A stretch of DNA of 59,236 nucleotides, filler included, from Platydemus manokwari (GCA_037951405.1; 5 parts of 5 records of this genome joined end to end with filler, not necessarily neighbours in it), one strand, 5' to 3'; shown: positions 28,546 to 41,794, numbered from the whole stretch's first letter. Made by a program: numbers and translations. Notes: generated by a model not told the origin, from the sequence alone.

Positions 28546-29367
28546 CTATTATTTATATTATAATATTAACGATATTGAATAATAATAATTTATAATTTAT
28601 AATATTTCTAAAATGGAATAATAATAATATAATATAATTATATTGGAATATAATAATTATAGTAAAATAATAAAAAAAAATCAAATAAAATAAACATAAA
28701 GCTAATATTGCCATAATAATTCAGTGATAAAAACCGAATGACATTTTCGCACGATCTCTACCTGCCTATCTTGAACCGATATAACGTAAACAGAGAGTTA
28801 TAAGAAAACCGTTGTGACATTTCGACAACTATTTCCCCTAAAAACCTGAACATTGTGATTGGGTAAATTTGATGATAAGAAATGGAAACTATATTGATTT
28901 CCAGACCCGTCAGAAAAAACATTGATGGATAGATATTTATGAATTTCCTTTCAACTTCAACAATTCAATGATTTCTTTCATCATAAAACGAAACAAAACA
29001 GTGAAAAATTAACCACAAATGAATGATCGCAATGGTGGATTGTCTCATCAATGAAATAATGTCATCTGGATTTTGCAGTGTCTCATAAAATTCAAATTTT
29101 CATTCATTTATTAAGTTGATTGTGTGTGGGGATTCTCTTCTTGGTTAAATATAAACTCAGGTCACTAAAGTAACTGTGTTCGAATCATTATCGATTTTCT
29201 TATTCATCATTTATTGGTCTGCCGTTTGTTGAGAACCACTTTTGATTTGTTATTATCAAATTTTTTGATTTCTTGTCATATGAAAAATGATCTATGATGA
29301 AATCAATAAATAATTCCACTTAATAAGTGATTATTGTTTTATTGTTTATAAAAATCAATAAAATGAT

Positions 29368-29535
29368 TGTGAGAATTTGAAATTGAATTAAAATTTTTAA
29401 ATTTTTGTATAAAATTTGGTTTTTTATAAAATTATATTGTATTTGTTTAAATCATTGTATTTAAATAAATAATTTGATGTTGTGGCTTGTCAGTTCATTT
29501 TCGATGCGTGTTTTATAAAAAAGTAACGACTCACA
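29368..29535 (+). mobile_element. Solo LTR-like element
   Basis: Perfect 6-bp inverted termini TGTGAG...CTCACA; internal homology to the other family copies. Confidence 0.6.
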
Positions 29536-29799
29536 TCGACGATATTGATTCTGTCGATTTAATCTATTATCTAATCAAGTCATTTCAACTTGAATAAAAA
29601 ATTTTGTTAAAAATAAATATTCTCATTTATCAGCTTCCCATAAACTCAACTATTAATAACACTAAAATAGAGACCGCTTTTGAACTTGGTTATTGGTCGT
29701 CAAATTGTGGCAATGATAAAATCTTATAAAGCAAAATAAAAAATAAAAATATAATTAACTCATCAGATAATAGATGTAAAATTATCTCAGAAGAAGTAA

Positions 29800-30728
29800 G
29801 AAGGAAATGTTTAATGTTAGCAACAACTTTATCGATAATAATCAATCCAAATCAAAATGCTGTGCAAATCTTATCTTCACCAAAACTCCATTAAGATAAT
29901 TGAGGCAAAATTTCACATCATTCACTAGCCGATACAAATATTAAAGCCTAAAAATGTGGAGTCCCATTCAAGATAAATTCTTACATCGACATTTAATACA
30001 AGTTCCTCATTGGTCATGTGAGGAAAATTTAAAAGTAAAAAAAATTGTGGATTAGGATTGGTAATAAAAGAAGCTCTCTTGAAAATATTAAAATGTGTTT
30101 GGAATAATGTATATTTAGTAAAACATCTCAATCAATAATTTTAACGAGTTTCAAAATGAGCTGGCCAATACTAACATGTTCATTATTGGATCAAGAAAAA
30201 TTCGATATTTCACACAAGATTGGAACTGATAATTCATCATCGATTATTCAAAAAATAGCAAATATTTCACAAGCACACAACTGAATCAATCTACTGATCA
30301 CAATTTTTCAACAATGCTAATGATTCCCATGGAATACAATGTAGAAGCGTACAACGCGCATCGATATATACAAGATAGCATAAATTACGAATGATAAAAA
30401 TATTGAATTGAACTGTGACGATTTGTCTGAATATTGCTTGTGGAATGAATTTCAAAATTTAGAAGAAATCTTTGAGAAATATTTGGAAATGACATCTCTA
30501 TCTTGGGAGGAGAGAGGTGTGAGGTGTGATGATAAAATTGAGTTATGAAGTCAAAGATTCACAAGAAAGATCACTTGGATATGTTTGATAGAGATTCAAT
30601 ATCTCACCATGGACATGGTGTTTGTAGAAATGAGGATTAACAATAAATTGTTTGTTGATTCCACAATATTTCTGATTTGTATATTTCTATTTTATTTCTA
30701 CGTGGATTTTATCGCTAATTATATGACA
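29800..30728 (+). mobile_element. Degraded LTR retrotransposon 3' end (integrase tail, PPT, 3' LTR)
   Basis: Polypurine tract gggaggagagagg (30505-30517) is directly followed by TGT..AATAAA..TGACA (30728). An upstream NVYLVKHLNQ weakly resembles gypsy integrase tails. Confidence 0.4.
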
Positions 30729-30730
30729 AT

Positions 30731-30838
30731 TGTTAGCCGCTACTATTTTCAAAATTACACATTGAAAACGAACTGAAAAGTCAAGACACCACAAATCTAT
30801 TTAAATAAAAATATTTAATTTATTTAAAATATCTCCCA
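30731..30838 (-). mobile_element. Short solo LTR-like copy with 5-bp TSD
   Basis: Reverse complement tgggagatattt...agcggctaaca; flanks acaat / ataat (4/5). Confidence 0.55.
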
Positions 30839-31483
30839 ATAATACTTGTTTTAATTGATATTTATTTATTTCAAACAAATAATATAGCTAATAAATATGA
30901 TTTTAGTTCGGTTGTATTTTGATATGAAAATGGAATCGAATTGTCAACAATAAAAACAATTTTTATGAATAAATATTTATGAAAATCAAGTTATTTTTTA
31001 ATGTGAATTCATGAGATGATTGTGTTGATAACGCCATTGATGAATCAATGAGTTTCAAATCGACTGATGTTCTCAGATGTGTATTATGGTTGGGTGCTGA
31101 AAATCTATGCGAAGCTGATGATAAGACTAGGATACAGAATAGGATACAAAAAACTATCAAGTTATGTCGTGCTCGGTACAACATACGATATACTAAATAA
31201 CTTTACGAGTACGACACAGCGGCAATAATTTCATGTAAAATTAAACTAATATATTTAAAATCATGGTTACCTTCGATTATTAGTTTTGATTAAAATTACA
31301 AAACACTCCTATGGGCTATTTATTTATACTGTCGGCTCAAGCAACTATGTTAAGCGTGTACGTACGATATATTTTTCAATATTTTCCCTCAGATTTTTTC
31401 TGCTTAGATTTGCTCAGAATTTTCATTTTAAAAATATAAATTGCTGAAAATATTTTATTAATTTATTTTATCATATATTATAC

Positions 31484-31563
31484 ATTATTATGGTTATTAT
31501 TATTATGGTTATTATTATGGCTATTATTATGATTATTATTATGGTTATTATTATGGTTATTAT
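31484..31563. repeat. (ATTATTATGGTT)-type minisatellite
   Basis: About six imperfect 12-15 nt units. Confidence 0.9.
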
Positions 31564-34500
31564 AGTTAAGACTGAAAAATCCTTTATTGGGGCTTACCCT
31601 TCGAAATAAATAACAAGGAAAATACGATGAATATTAGCCGTAAATGAAAATGATTATGAAAATAAGAACGGATTTGCAAATCAAATGTTATTTATAAAAT
31701 TGTATAAAATGATAGTGCTGTGACAGTAGTCATGTTTTGTGGGGAGATGAAAATATTAATCTATTATTCTGGAGAAAGATAAAATTTCAAATTATTATTC
31801 TGATGGCACCGTCAAGCAGTGAAACTCAAGAGCTGTTCTTTCCCTGTTCAACCCAAAGAAACGAAGTCAGATAAAAGAACATTTATATTAAACTTGTAAA
31901 ATAGATAATTGAAAAAACAAATTTTTATAAATAAAAATAATTATTTTAATTAATAATAATAAATAATAATCGGAAACAGTTATTTTAATTCAAATAATTA
32001 ACGGAATGTTTTGGTGAGAGTGTCTTCTGATAGACAGATTTAATTGAATCGTTAATTTAATATTGATGATGTCAGTTCGATTGTAATGTTGGGGTTTGTC
32101 GAAATCGAAATGATATTTGATTTTTTTGATATTTTTGTACAATAATCCATTAATATGGCCCGAAAGATAAACTTTAAATAATTATTTTATTATTACTGTA
32201 TATTAATATGATAATTATAATTTAATAATATCATAATAATATAGTAATAATAATACAAAATGATATTTTCACAATCTTTTTCGTGCACGGGATTTATCGA
32301 AAGCAATAAAATCTATTTATTATTAAAAATATAACCTTAATAATGTAAATATAACCTATATAGGGTAAACCTTATCATTTTAATATCTGAATAAATAATT
32401 AGGCTGGTTACATAATTGAGGGGCAATCCACTATTTAGAGACTTATAGCGTTTAATGAAAAATTAATAATTATATAAGCCCAATGGTCATTCGGAACATT
32501 TTCGTTTCGATTAATAAGAGCAATGAACAGGGACAGTAATTATGAGATGTTAATTGGATGAGGCATTAATTACAAATTATCGTTCAAGTAGTATTGTAAA
32601 ATATAATTGAATTCAAATTATTTAATAATAAAAATAATAAAAACTAATTTTTTTAATTAAAATTTCTTTTCTAGTAATATTATTATTTTTTAAACTTCAT
32701 TTATACATTATAATATTTATATTCAAAACATCAATCAAGCCAGATTTAAATAAAGATTAATGAGATTATTTTCAATGTTCTGCATTGAATAAAAATATTC
32801 AATTTGGCATTGATGAACTTTATTTATATTTATAAATATTTATTTATTTTCATTTGGATGTTTATTAATTGATCTATATTTATAATTATAGTAATAAAAT
32901 TGTTAATATTAAGATTGAAGAGCCACCAAATGAACACAATTAATAAAGCAGGACAATAAATAATTTAAGAAAAAGCGAATTAAAATAAAATAAAATTGTT
33001 AATCGTAAAAATAAATATTTAAGTGAAATAATATTGAAAAAAATAATAAAATTAATTAGCTAAATAATTCAGTTTGTTTTACTGAATCAATTAATTAAAA
33101 ATAATCAGTACAAAATACAAAACAATCAGTACTGTTCAGGGCCAAAGTACCAGCTAATGAAATTGGTGAAACTTTGCACTTTGGCTTGTCCAGAATATGA
33201 TGAATCGAAAGTGATTCGACCGATTAATGGAAAAGGAAGAACCAATTAAAGGAATTGGTGGGAAACCAGTACGTAAGAGTAAAGTTGAACGGTTTACTAC
33301 ACAGTTCCGCAATATAAAACTGAGGCAATCCGAATAAGATTTGTGATTTCTTAAAATTTTGATATCACAGCAGACAGTCTGATGGATGATACAATCAAAA
33401 AGAAAAGAAATTATTGAGGAAGAATTTTTCAAATGACGGTCAGTTGATGATTGCCATTAATCTGAAGAGAGAAAATATTGATCAAAGAAGAAACTAGAAG
33501 AATTATTTACAGAAAAGGAATCAATTTATTTTTATTTTTAATCTTTCAACGAATCGCAGTAGAAAACTTTCCCGCATAGTGGTAAATTGAATATTGTATT
33601 GATGATATTCGAGGATAGCATTCATTAATATCGGCTTTGTATAAAGTTAATCGTATTGTACATACGTGACTGCAGTTGGTTAGTAATCAACTTGTTTTTT
33701 GGAGTCAGATATAGTTAGAACACGAGTATTTGTTGTGCTTTACAGCAAGTATATTATTATTTTTATTAATATTATTAATGTTAGTTCTTAATATTTAAAT
33801 AAAAAAAAATCTTTTTTAATTTGTAAAATTGCTCACATTTTTATATTACATCTTTATTTTTATTTGAACTTACATTTTGTAATTTTACTAATTTTAACTT
33901 TTTTTAAATTGAGAGGTTAACAGTAAAGCAAGATCATTTTATAAATATTCATATCGCATAATTATTATTTAAATATTTTTTTAATATTTATAATGTTAAT
34001 CTTATGAAAATTTTAATTATTTTTAATTAAACCTCACAATTATTATTATTATTATTATTATCATTATTATTATTATTAATCTAACAAATTTAGTGACATA
34101 ACGCGATTTGGTTTTCGGAATTGATAATGAAAAAACAATACACCTGATGAACTCTTAAAGATGGATTGACAGTTGTAATCGATGACAAAAGTCAATATTT
34201 TATTATATTTTAATAAATTATTTTTTTTAACAAATCAAGTTGACTCCTTATTAAACGATATTTTTTTCCTACAATTGCTGAGGTGAGACATTCCGAATTC
34301 GATTATTATATCAATAAGAATTAAAAGAAAAGAAATAAAATAAAGAAATTCCATCAAATATTTATTAAAATTATCTCCAAATATTATAAATTATTGATTA
34401 AATCGTTATCGAACTTTATTCTGAATTGATGCGATTTGCAAATGAATGATAGATTTTTTTGTCTGATAGATTTTATTTGACTACGTAAAGCGTTACAGAT

Positions 34501-34821
34501 GAATAATTGGTTGTAGAGATAGATTTAATGATTTCTGTTAACATTCCATTATCAATCGGAGCCGACATCATAGATGGAATTAATAAATCACTCTAACACG
34601 TTTTAGAGTTTAATAGATTTTATTGACAGCTTAATCAACTGGAACTGAATTTTTTTAATCATTCCGCAGGTATTAAAAGTGATAATGTTTCATTGGTTAG
34701 ATTCCTTTGCTTGTTTCAATTTATTAGCTCATAAATATGATGTTCAAATTAAGTTTTATTTTTATTAATATTATTAATAACGATAACATAATAATAAACT
34801 GTTATTATAATTGTTGTATAT

Positions 34822-35524
34822 CAGTGATCTTCGTAATGTTTTGTGTGGCCACCCATTTTATGAGTCCAAATTTTTTCGCGACTTCTAGCGAATAAAATAA
34901 AAATAACAAAGTAAATTTCTAACACCAAAAAACTAAAATATATTTAATGATAACAACGATTTTTTGCATATTCTGGTATAAAATATCACATATTGGATAT
35001 ATTTCGGTGATTGCTGATATTTAAAATTCGATCGATATTTTATCTTAATATAAGTCAATGTCGAGAATGATTGATTTTTCACACAAATAAGTAAAGGTAA
35101 AAGGAAGGAGACAAAGTATGACTAGTTCTGTTAATAATGAATATGCGGTTTTTAGACTAGCCCAAAAGGAGCTTAAGTTTTTTTTTTGGAAAAATTTACT
35201 TTCAATCTCAAATCACATAAGAATTCAAAAAAACTCTTCTTGAGATTTAGTGAGAGATGATATTGCTTTCCTTAAAATAATCAGAACATGCTCTTGTTGA
35301 GACTGTTTTTGCATTAAGAGAAAATGTACTATTTTGTCGTCTAATAATATCAATAAAATAAAAGAATAATGGTGTTAAAAATTAATTATTTAAAATTAAA
35401 CTTCTCATGTTTAAAGAATATTTTTTTATGATTACTTTACTATAACTAGGAAATTTCTGGCGACCTCCAAAAATTGTATCGTGAGTCACTGCTGGGTCGC
35501 GCTCCCCCCGATTGAAGAACACTG
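34822..35524. mobile_element. 703-bp non-autonomous hAT (Buster-type) element
   Basis: TIRs cagtgatcttc / gaagaacactg (10/11); 8-bp TSD ttgtatat / ctgtatat with central TA; subterminal gcgac/gtcgc motifs. Confidence 0.85.
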
Positions 35525-36519
35525 CTGTATATTATAATATAATAATCTAATTTCAATATAATAATATAGTTTTTAATAATATTTTATATTTTATACGTGT
35601 GTGCACATGTGTGTTTATTGTTTGCCACATCTGACGTTTTCACGATTTCCGCAAACACTGATTGCAGGCTGTGGACAAATTTGTGACTTCATGATTTTCA
35701 TTTTCGTGTCCATTGAACAAGAAATCAGAAATTTTCGGCAATGGAAATGAAATGATTTCCCATGCGATGTGTGAAGATCAAATGTGACAGCTGCATGATA
35801 ATTAATTGAATTTCGTTCGACCAATATGCGACGGCTTCCATTTATCATATCTAATACGTTGTGAGAATTAACCGAGATTGATCATTGTTGACAGACAGTA
35901 TTCCGCCACACATCATCATGTTCGATAATGAAATTAATTTTTACAAATAGAACATTAAAATATTCTTCGATAATGATTGCAATAGTGGAGCTCGCGTTTC
36001 GATTTCGATTAATGTTTTGAATATTTTAATAATTGATGTACTCATATATGAGACTGTGGTTTGGACAGATTCAATATATTATTTCATTCTAGAATTTAAC
36101 GTATTGATATTAAAACAACTTTGACTGTGGTAGGTGGTCTCGAATTCGAAGTGGTGCAGGTATCCATGACGATAACGGACGTTAGTTGGATTTCAATATT
36201 TTTATAAGAGACAATCAAATATTATACAAACTCATTTGTACGATAATCTCACACGAGACAATCGATTTTCTGTTATTGATCTTAAATGTACGGGGTAAAA
36301 TCGTCTCGTTAAACATTTATATTAGATAATTTAATAGCAATGTATATATATCGTGTGATTCATAAGTCTCCGTATCTAAAACCTAAATAAAACAACACTA
36401 AGAACAAATTAAGTGTATTGAGTTACTTTAATGCACAACAAAACACAATAACAGTAAGAACAAATAAAGATAAATAATAAGCAATTTCATAGCAACCTTT
36501 CAAAATGTTCACCATCTTG

Positions 36520-36735
36520 CTACAAACAAGATTCCTTCTTGATTTCATCAGACGGTCTTCCTGATTGCAAACTAGTAGATAAGTTTCCAGTTTCTTCAAA
36601 CTTTCGCACGAACTATTGCACTATTGTCCTAGCTAATGGTGCACGATTGAAATGTTGTTCAAATTCTGGGCACGTCTTGGTACTACTCTGGTACACTATT
36701 GTATGGCTAACTTTAAACACTCTATCCGCCATATT
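36520..36735 (-). mobile_element. Tc1/mariner-superfamily transposase N-terminal HTH remnant
   Basis: YQSSTKTCPEFEQHFNRAPLARTIVQ*FVRKFEETGNLSTSLQSGRP; KFxETG...SGRP is the Tc1-like HTH/GRPR signature. Confidence 0.7.
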
Positions 36736-37967
36736 GTAATAATGCAACTGATTAATAAGAAATAAAAAATAAAGTACAATAATCAGTGAATAATAATTAA
36801 TATCAATGAGTATAAATATGTGAGTATAAATTATATTGTATTTTGTTGTGCGTTTCGTTTTCATGACAGCACACAGTCATGCGAGTGAAATGTCATCGTC
36901 AACAATGTGCGTCCAGCGCGAAAAGCCATAAAATTAAAAAACCAAGACATGGAACTTTCTATAATCTTACTTATTAAAAATCAGCTGCATATAAAAATGA
37001 ACTGAAATTGTGGATTAATATTCTATCTAGCATGCTTGATTGCCCTCGAAATCTCAAAATTGCATGTATAAAAGTAATTTGTCTGAAATTTTCTATAACA
37101 GCAGTCGTATACTGTCTTCATTAAATGGACATTTTGAAATTCTTTCCAAACGTGCCGCTGTTAGAAGTACAAATGTAAAAATCAATTGATATTTTTCGAA
37201 CTATTTCCTAGATTTAAAAAGAAAATATTATTCGCAATCTGAGGATAACGACACTTACCAATGTAACATAATCAATAATAATAATAACTATATAATAATA
37301 TATTAATACAATAATATAGTAATAACAAAAATGAAAAATCCGTTATGGTAGCGACCTTTCTAATCAATAACAAATCACTGAAAACCAATGACAACAACTA
37401 TCAAATGGTAATAAAAAATGAGAAAAATATCCTTGCAAAAACCTCCAAAAAGATGAATATTTTAACCAATCAAAGAAAACCGTACTTTTATTATAAGCTG
37501 GTTTAAGGGCTTGTGCAACCGAAATGTAAAGACACTTCTGTTTATGCCTAAATCAATTTTAGTTCGTACAATGATATACAGAATAGGATTTCTGCATGTA
37601 AAAATGTCACGTCAAAAATTATTACACAAATTAAAATTATCATTATCATTCTTATCTTACTATTAGCCTTTAGTAAGAAAAAAGTTAAGAAGAAATGTAG
37701 AATATATAAGGATGAAAGATCATGTTTGGTGAACATGAGCGAAATAGACTATATATATATATATATATATAACATATAACGAGAATATATAGAGAACTTT
37801 TATAATAATAAAGAGATCTTAGTATTCAACAACGAGAGCTGTGAAATAATACAAAGATTTTAAAGTAACAGGGTTTAGAGTGTTCTGAAAATTTTAAAAA
37901 TAATTTTTAATCTTTTTATATAAAAATAAATGATAAACAATACCTGTAATAATTTATTTATATTTAC

Positions 37968-38067
37968 NNNNNNNNNNNNNNNNNNNNNNNNNNNNNNNNN
38001 NNNNNNNNNNNTTAATTAATTAANNNNNNNNNNNNNNNNNNNNNNNNNNNNNNNNNNNNNNNNNNNN
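37968..38067. other. Assembly gap/linker
   Basis: N44-TTAATTAATTAA-N44. Confidence 0.98.
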
Positions 38068-38689
38068 GCAACAACTATAAAAAACTCTATTCTATATAAT
38101 ATGAAAGTCGATTGGTTTTTATCAAAATTCATGTCCTATCAAAGGCGGAAGACTGTCCAATATATTATTATTTGGTAACATTTAATTCATACATTTTTTG
38201 TTTAAAGCGCATTCAGTCTTATTACTGACTATCAAGTTAACTTTCGATATTTTTGCTTAATTCATTGTTTTACATGAAAAACTGACAGATATTATCAATG
38301 GTATCACATAATAATTATAAGTACAACAAAAAAATCAGAAACCAGAAAATGACAAAATATAACATATCATCTGATTTTATGCACGTTACTTAGTTTAAAA
38401 TGCATCTAAAATATTACATTACTTAAAAGCCGATGAATATTTTACAATTTAATAATTATATTTTGAGAGAATGTCATTTAGCCAGAAAGAATAGCTACAC
38501 AAGTCTGAGGAGAATACTGTGCATCCATGACGAAGAAGAAAAAGCCGATATTCAAACCGAAAGTGAAGCTGATGGATTCTCAAGGATAGGCGAAGCATTT
38601 TTTTCAAAACGCTGAACTCAGTACCAGACAGCCAGAGAAGGTAAACCAAAAACTCGGTTTATAAATGTTGTCGGGGTTTCATTGCAGCT

Positions 38690-40160
38690 TTTACTTCGAC
38701 CGATACATGTCCCATCTGTTCAAATTTTACCTCCGCGTGTTATGGTTTCAGCAAGTTTCTGGCATACTTCCGCTGTGAGAGTGACCTAGCTGTCGACTCT
38801 GTGTTCACCTTGGCAAGCTTCAGGTGCGAGTGTGATACTACGAGCAATAAGTTTGGCATCTAATACGGATGAGCGACTAAAGGCTCCGCAGTAGCATTCG
38901 AATGAAGCCTTCGTGACCCTGCATTTCTTGATTGTAGTTCGATAAAATTCTAATTCCTGATACACGTAATAGGACTCCCGTGGTCCTTGTATGACGGTGT
39001 TGACGTTGACTGCTGGACAATCGAAGAGATCAACGAATGAATAGATGGTGGACAGCTTGGGATTCGAACAATCATATGCAGTGAGCATAGATGTTTTTTC
39101 TATCAAACTGCATATGAGAATAACCTTTACCAGAGTGTTCATTAAACCATTATTGTTGAAGCTACCCAATCCTTCTGGGGTAAGTCGTCTGTTGCATTGT
39201 TTCCTGGTAGTGTGATGTGTCTCCGTAGGTCGAGATCATGATTTTGTGTGCCAGATTAATCAGTATGATTTTAGCTCTGGATGCGGTTATTCCATCTTTA
39301 ATAATTTACCATAACACGTTTTCTGAGTCAACGGTATGATGATCGTGTGTGATCAATTCCTTTCACTATTCGCAAGAGGCATTGTTGAATGTCTTGCTTG
39401 GAATTTTTAGTTGTGTTGTCCACCAGTCTTCGAGATCCACAATTTTTATGATTTCATCTGCGACCGGCTCAGGTGGCGGCGGAGATAGTTGTGTGTCATA
39501 CTCTGGCTGGTATTCAATGATTTGCGAGGTTTCTTGGGTGTCCTCATCCATGTCTACTGGTAACTGTGTCTTCACTCTCCCTGTTGCTGGCTTGAAGAGT
39601 GTGGGTACACGCCTCCATTTTTTGGATTCCACTGGCGTTGTTAGTACCTTTACTACTGTTATAAAATCTGGTAGGCAACCTACGTCAACTAGGTTCTCAT
39701 CATCATCTACCGGATTTGATTGAATTGTGATAATGAACGGCTCCGTGCTTGATTTTTCCTGTCTGATATCCTGCCTAAATTTGCGAACGTGTGTGAAGCA
39801 AGAGTATGTCTTTAGTCAGTTCCCGTGATGACTGGTCCGAATGTGCAGCGTGGGCATCGGTGCTTCTTGAGGTTGACTGCTAATGGCCAGCCCATTTCAT
39901 TGTAGGAGTAACTGTACTTCCTTTTGATAAATGGCTCCCTTGTCCAAGAAATCAATCTTTATTGGTGCGGCGGCAGCCAATACATCGGTAGGAACAGTAG
40001 TGTAAATGTGATTGTTTAGAATACTCTTGATTATTTGTTCGTCTGCATGGTTTATTTGAGCTTCCCTTACTAAGTTAATAGCGAACTGAGTCAATGTTGC
40101 TTGTTCCTCAGTTGTTAATTCAATAGTTGCGAGCACGTTCTCAGCGTGATTACTTGCGTG
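38690..40160 (-). pseudogene. Endogenous virus-like element copy 2: unknown N-terminal protein plus chuvirus-like glycoprotein N-terminus
   Basis: Hydrophobic LVKVILICSLI precedes LTAYDCSNPKLSTIYSFVDLFDCP..YQELE..KKCRVTKASFECYCGAFSRSS..GGKI*TDGTCIGR, the pattern of Jingchuvirales G (xYDC..SLxD..C..CxV..YCGxxSH..DGxCxG). The upstream part is colinear with 45.6-47.1 kb. Confidence 0.75.
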
Positions 40161-40337
40161 AGACTTTGTTTAGTTTCATTTGCCTTTTCAGTAAAGTAAA
40201 CAAATTTAAAAAGTAAAAAATTAATTAAGTAAAAAAGTAAACACGAGTAAAACAGTTGTTTAAATAAATAAAAACCGATCAGCACGAGAACAAATCAGTT
40301 GTTAAGTAAAACTAAATCAGACAATCAATAGCTAAGT

Positions 40338-40419
40338 AAAAACGAAGCAAAGACAAAGCCCATTTTGTAAAATATAAACAAACAAAGCAAAAACAAAGCC
40401 CATTTTGTAAAAATATAAC
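40338..40419. repeat. Two tandem ~40-bp direct repeats
   Basis: aagcaaa(g/a)acaaagcccattttgtaaaa(a)tataa occurs twice. Confidence 0.85.
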
Positions 40420-41360
40420 ACATTATGGGAAAATTTAAACAAACATATAAACAAAGCTGCGCTTTGTCCCTTGTCTCAAAACAGTCTCAAATTTTAATAA
40501 AATCACAAACAATCTTTTAATCAATCGTTATTATTGGTTTATTTTAAGATGATTACTTATATAACTATTGGTAATTCCATCTCTTATTTATCTATATCTC
40601 AATGGTTTTATCAATAATTTTCATTAACGTTGTTTAAATTTGCAAAGATTGATTATTTCGAGCCCAAATATCATCGAAATATTTATCTTCTAATATTATT
40701 CTGATTTTTGTGTAATTCTGATTTCTATAATTATTTCAAACCAAATTATTTTTCAATTTCCATTACCGAACTCTTAGAAAATAATATATTTAATGATTAA
40801 TTGAGTCAAATTAAATTTGATATTATATTATAATTATTATATTATTTTTGTATTATTTAAAATAAAAAATCATAATTTTAGAATTGAAATTTTTTATCCG
40901 AAATCAATGACTTGAACGATCACAAGTTGCAACAAAAATTAGCATCACCTTTGTTCTAAAAATTCCGCAAATAACGGTTTTTTTGCTATTAGTAATTCAT
41001 CTGAAATTTTGAAAAATAAAAACTTCTCTATCACAATTCTCATAATCATCATCATATCAACCGATATTTGAGACCAACAGTTTAAAATTCAGAAATTGCT
41101 AAATCTGTTAATAAACACATATTTTTTGTGACTGACACAGTATTATGTCAGTTTTCAAATTTCCACGTTTTCATTCAACAATAATAAATTAAAAAAATTA
41201 TAAATTATTGAAATTTTTAAGAAGCAATTCATTCAGAAACAAATGTTTGTTAAAAATTTACATGTGAAATATATTTACTCTATTTGAAACGTTCCACTTG
41301 GCAATATTCTGTACGCTTAACAATACTATAGTGCTCATAGTATTACCGCACACAGTCAAT

Positions 41361-41376
41361 CCAAATAATATAAATA
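41361..41376 (+). promoter_or_regulatory. TATA-containing element conserved upstream of both secreted-protein genes
   Basis: ccaaataatataaata is identical at 41361 and 43747, starting 56-57 nt upstream of each ATG. Confidence 0.6.
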
Positions 41377-41417
41377 AATAGCTTTCAGAAATATATTTCA
41401 TATTTTTTTTGATAATA

Positions 41418-41794
41418 ATGAAAATATTTATTATTTTTGCAACTTGTTTTCTAAGCTCAGTGTATTCCTATCTGATTCATGGTTACGGCTACATTGAAAA
41501 TGGTTATTATCATTACTTGATATATTTTGAATATTTATTTTTCATTATTTAAGGAAAAGGTTACTTTAAATTAGATGATAAAGTGTATCCAGATACAGTG
41601 GGACATTTCGAACATCGTGCTCAAGGTAGGTGTCTCAAATGCTCTGTTCGGCCATCTAAAGATGGTGTAGAAAAACCGCATTTCTCATGCGCTGGGTAAA
41701 TTTTATAATATTTAATATTTGATTCCAATATTCCTTTAGCCCTTCATTAGCTGTTTTAAACGGGAAAACACTATACATACCAGTTTGCAAATGA
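41418..41794 (+). CDS. Small secreted Cys-containing protein A, 93 aa; exons 41418-41502, 41554-41695, 41740-41794
   Basis: GT-AG introns of 51 and 44 nt give the open frame MKIFIIFATCFLSSVYSYLIHGYGYIENGKGYFKLDDKVYPDTVGHFEHRAQGRCLKCSVRPSKDGVEKPHFSCAGPSLAVLNGKTLYIPVCK*. It has a signal-peptide-like N-terminus, a downstream AATAAA and a paralog with identical intron positions. Confidence 0.85.

Noticed and set aside
33230-33300. IKGIGG retropepsin flap-like motif
   Set aside because: No DT/SG catalytic motif or other pol motifs nearby.
35615-36385. Cadherin-like words (LDTE, DDFTP, ITEN) on the minus strand
   Set aside because: Scattered across frames with stops; too weak to call.
37695-37852. 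Possible solo LTR around a (TA)n tract
   Set aside because: TG..AATAAA..CA is present, but there is no TSD and no second copy.
39349-39723. Plus-strand 124-aa ORF
   Set aside because: Antisense shadow of the minus-strand element ORF, which has homology support.
40900-41000. AEFLEQ/GD..CDR resembling the PDE C-terminal EEFFxQGD..CDR
   Set aside because: Needs frameshifts, has the wrong spacing and lies across a gap from PDE1; likely chance.
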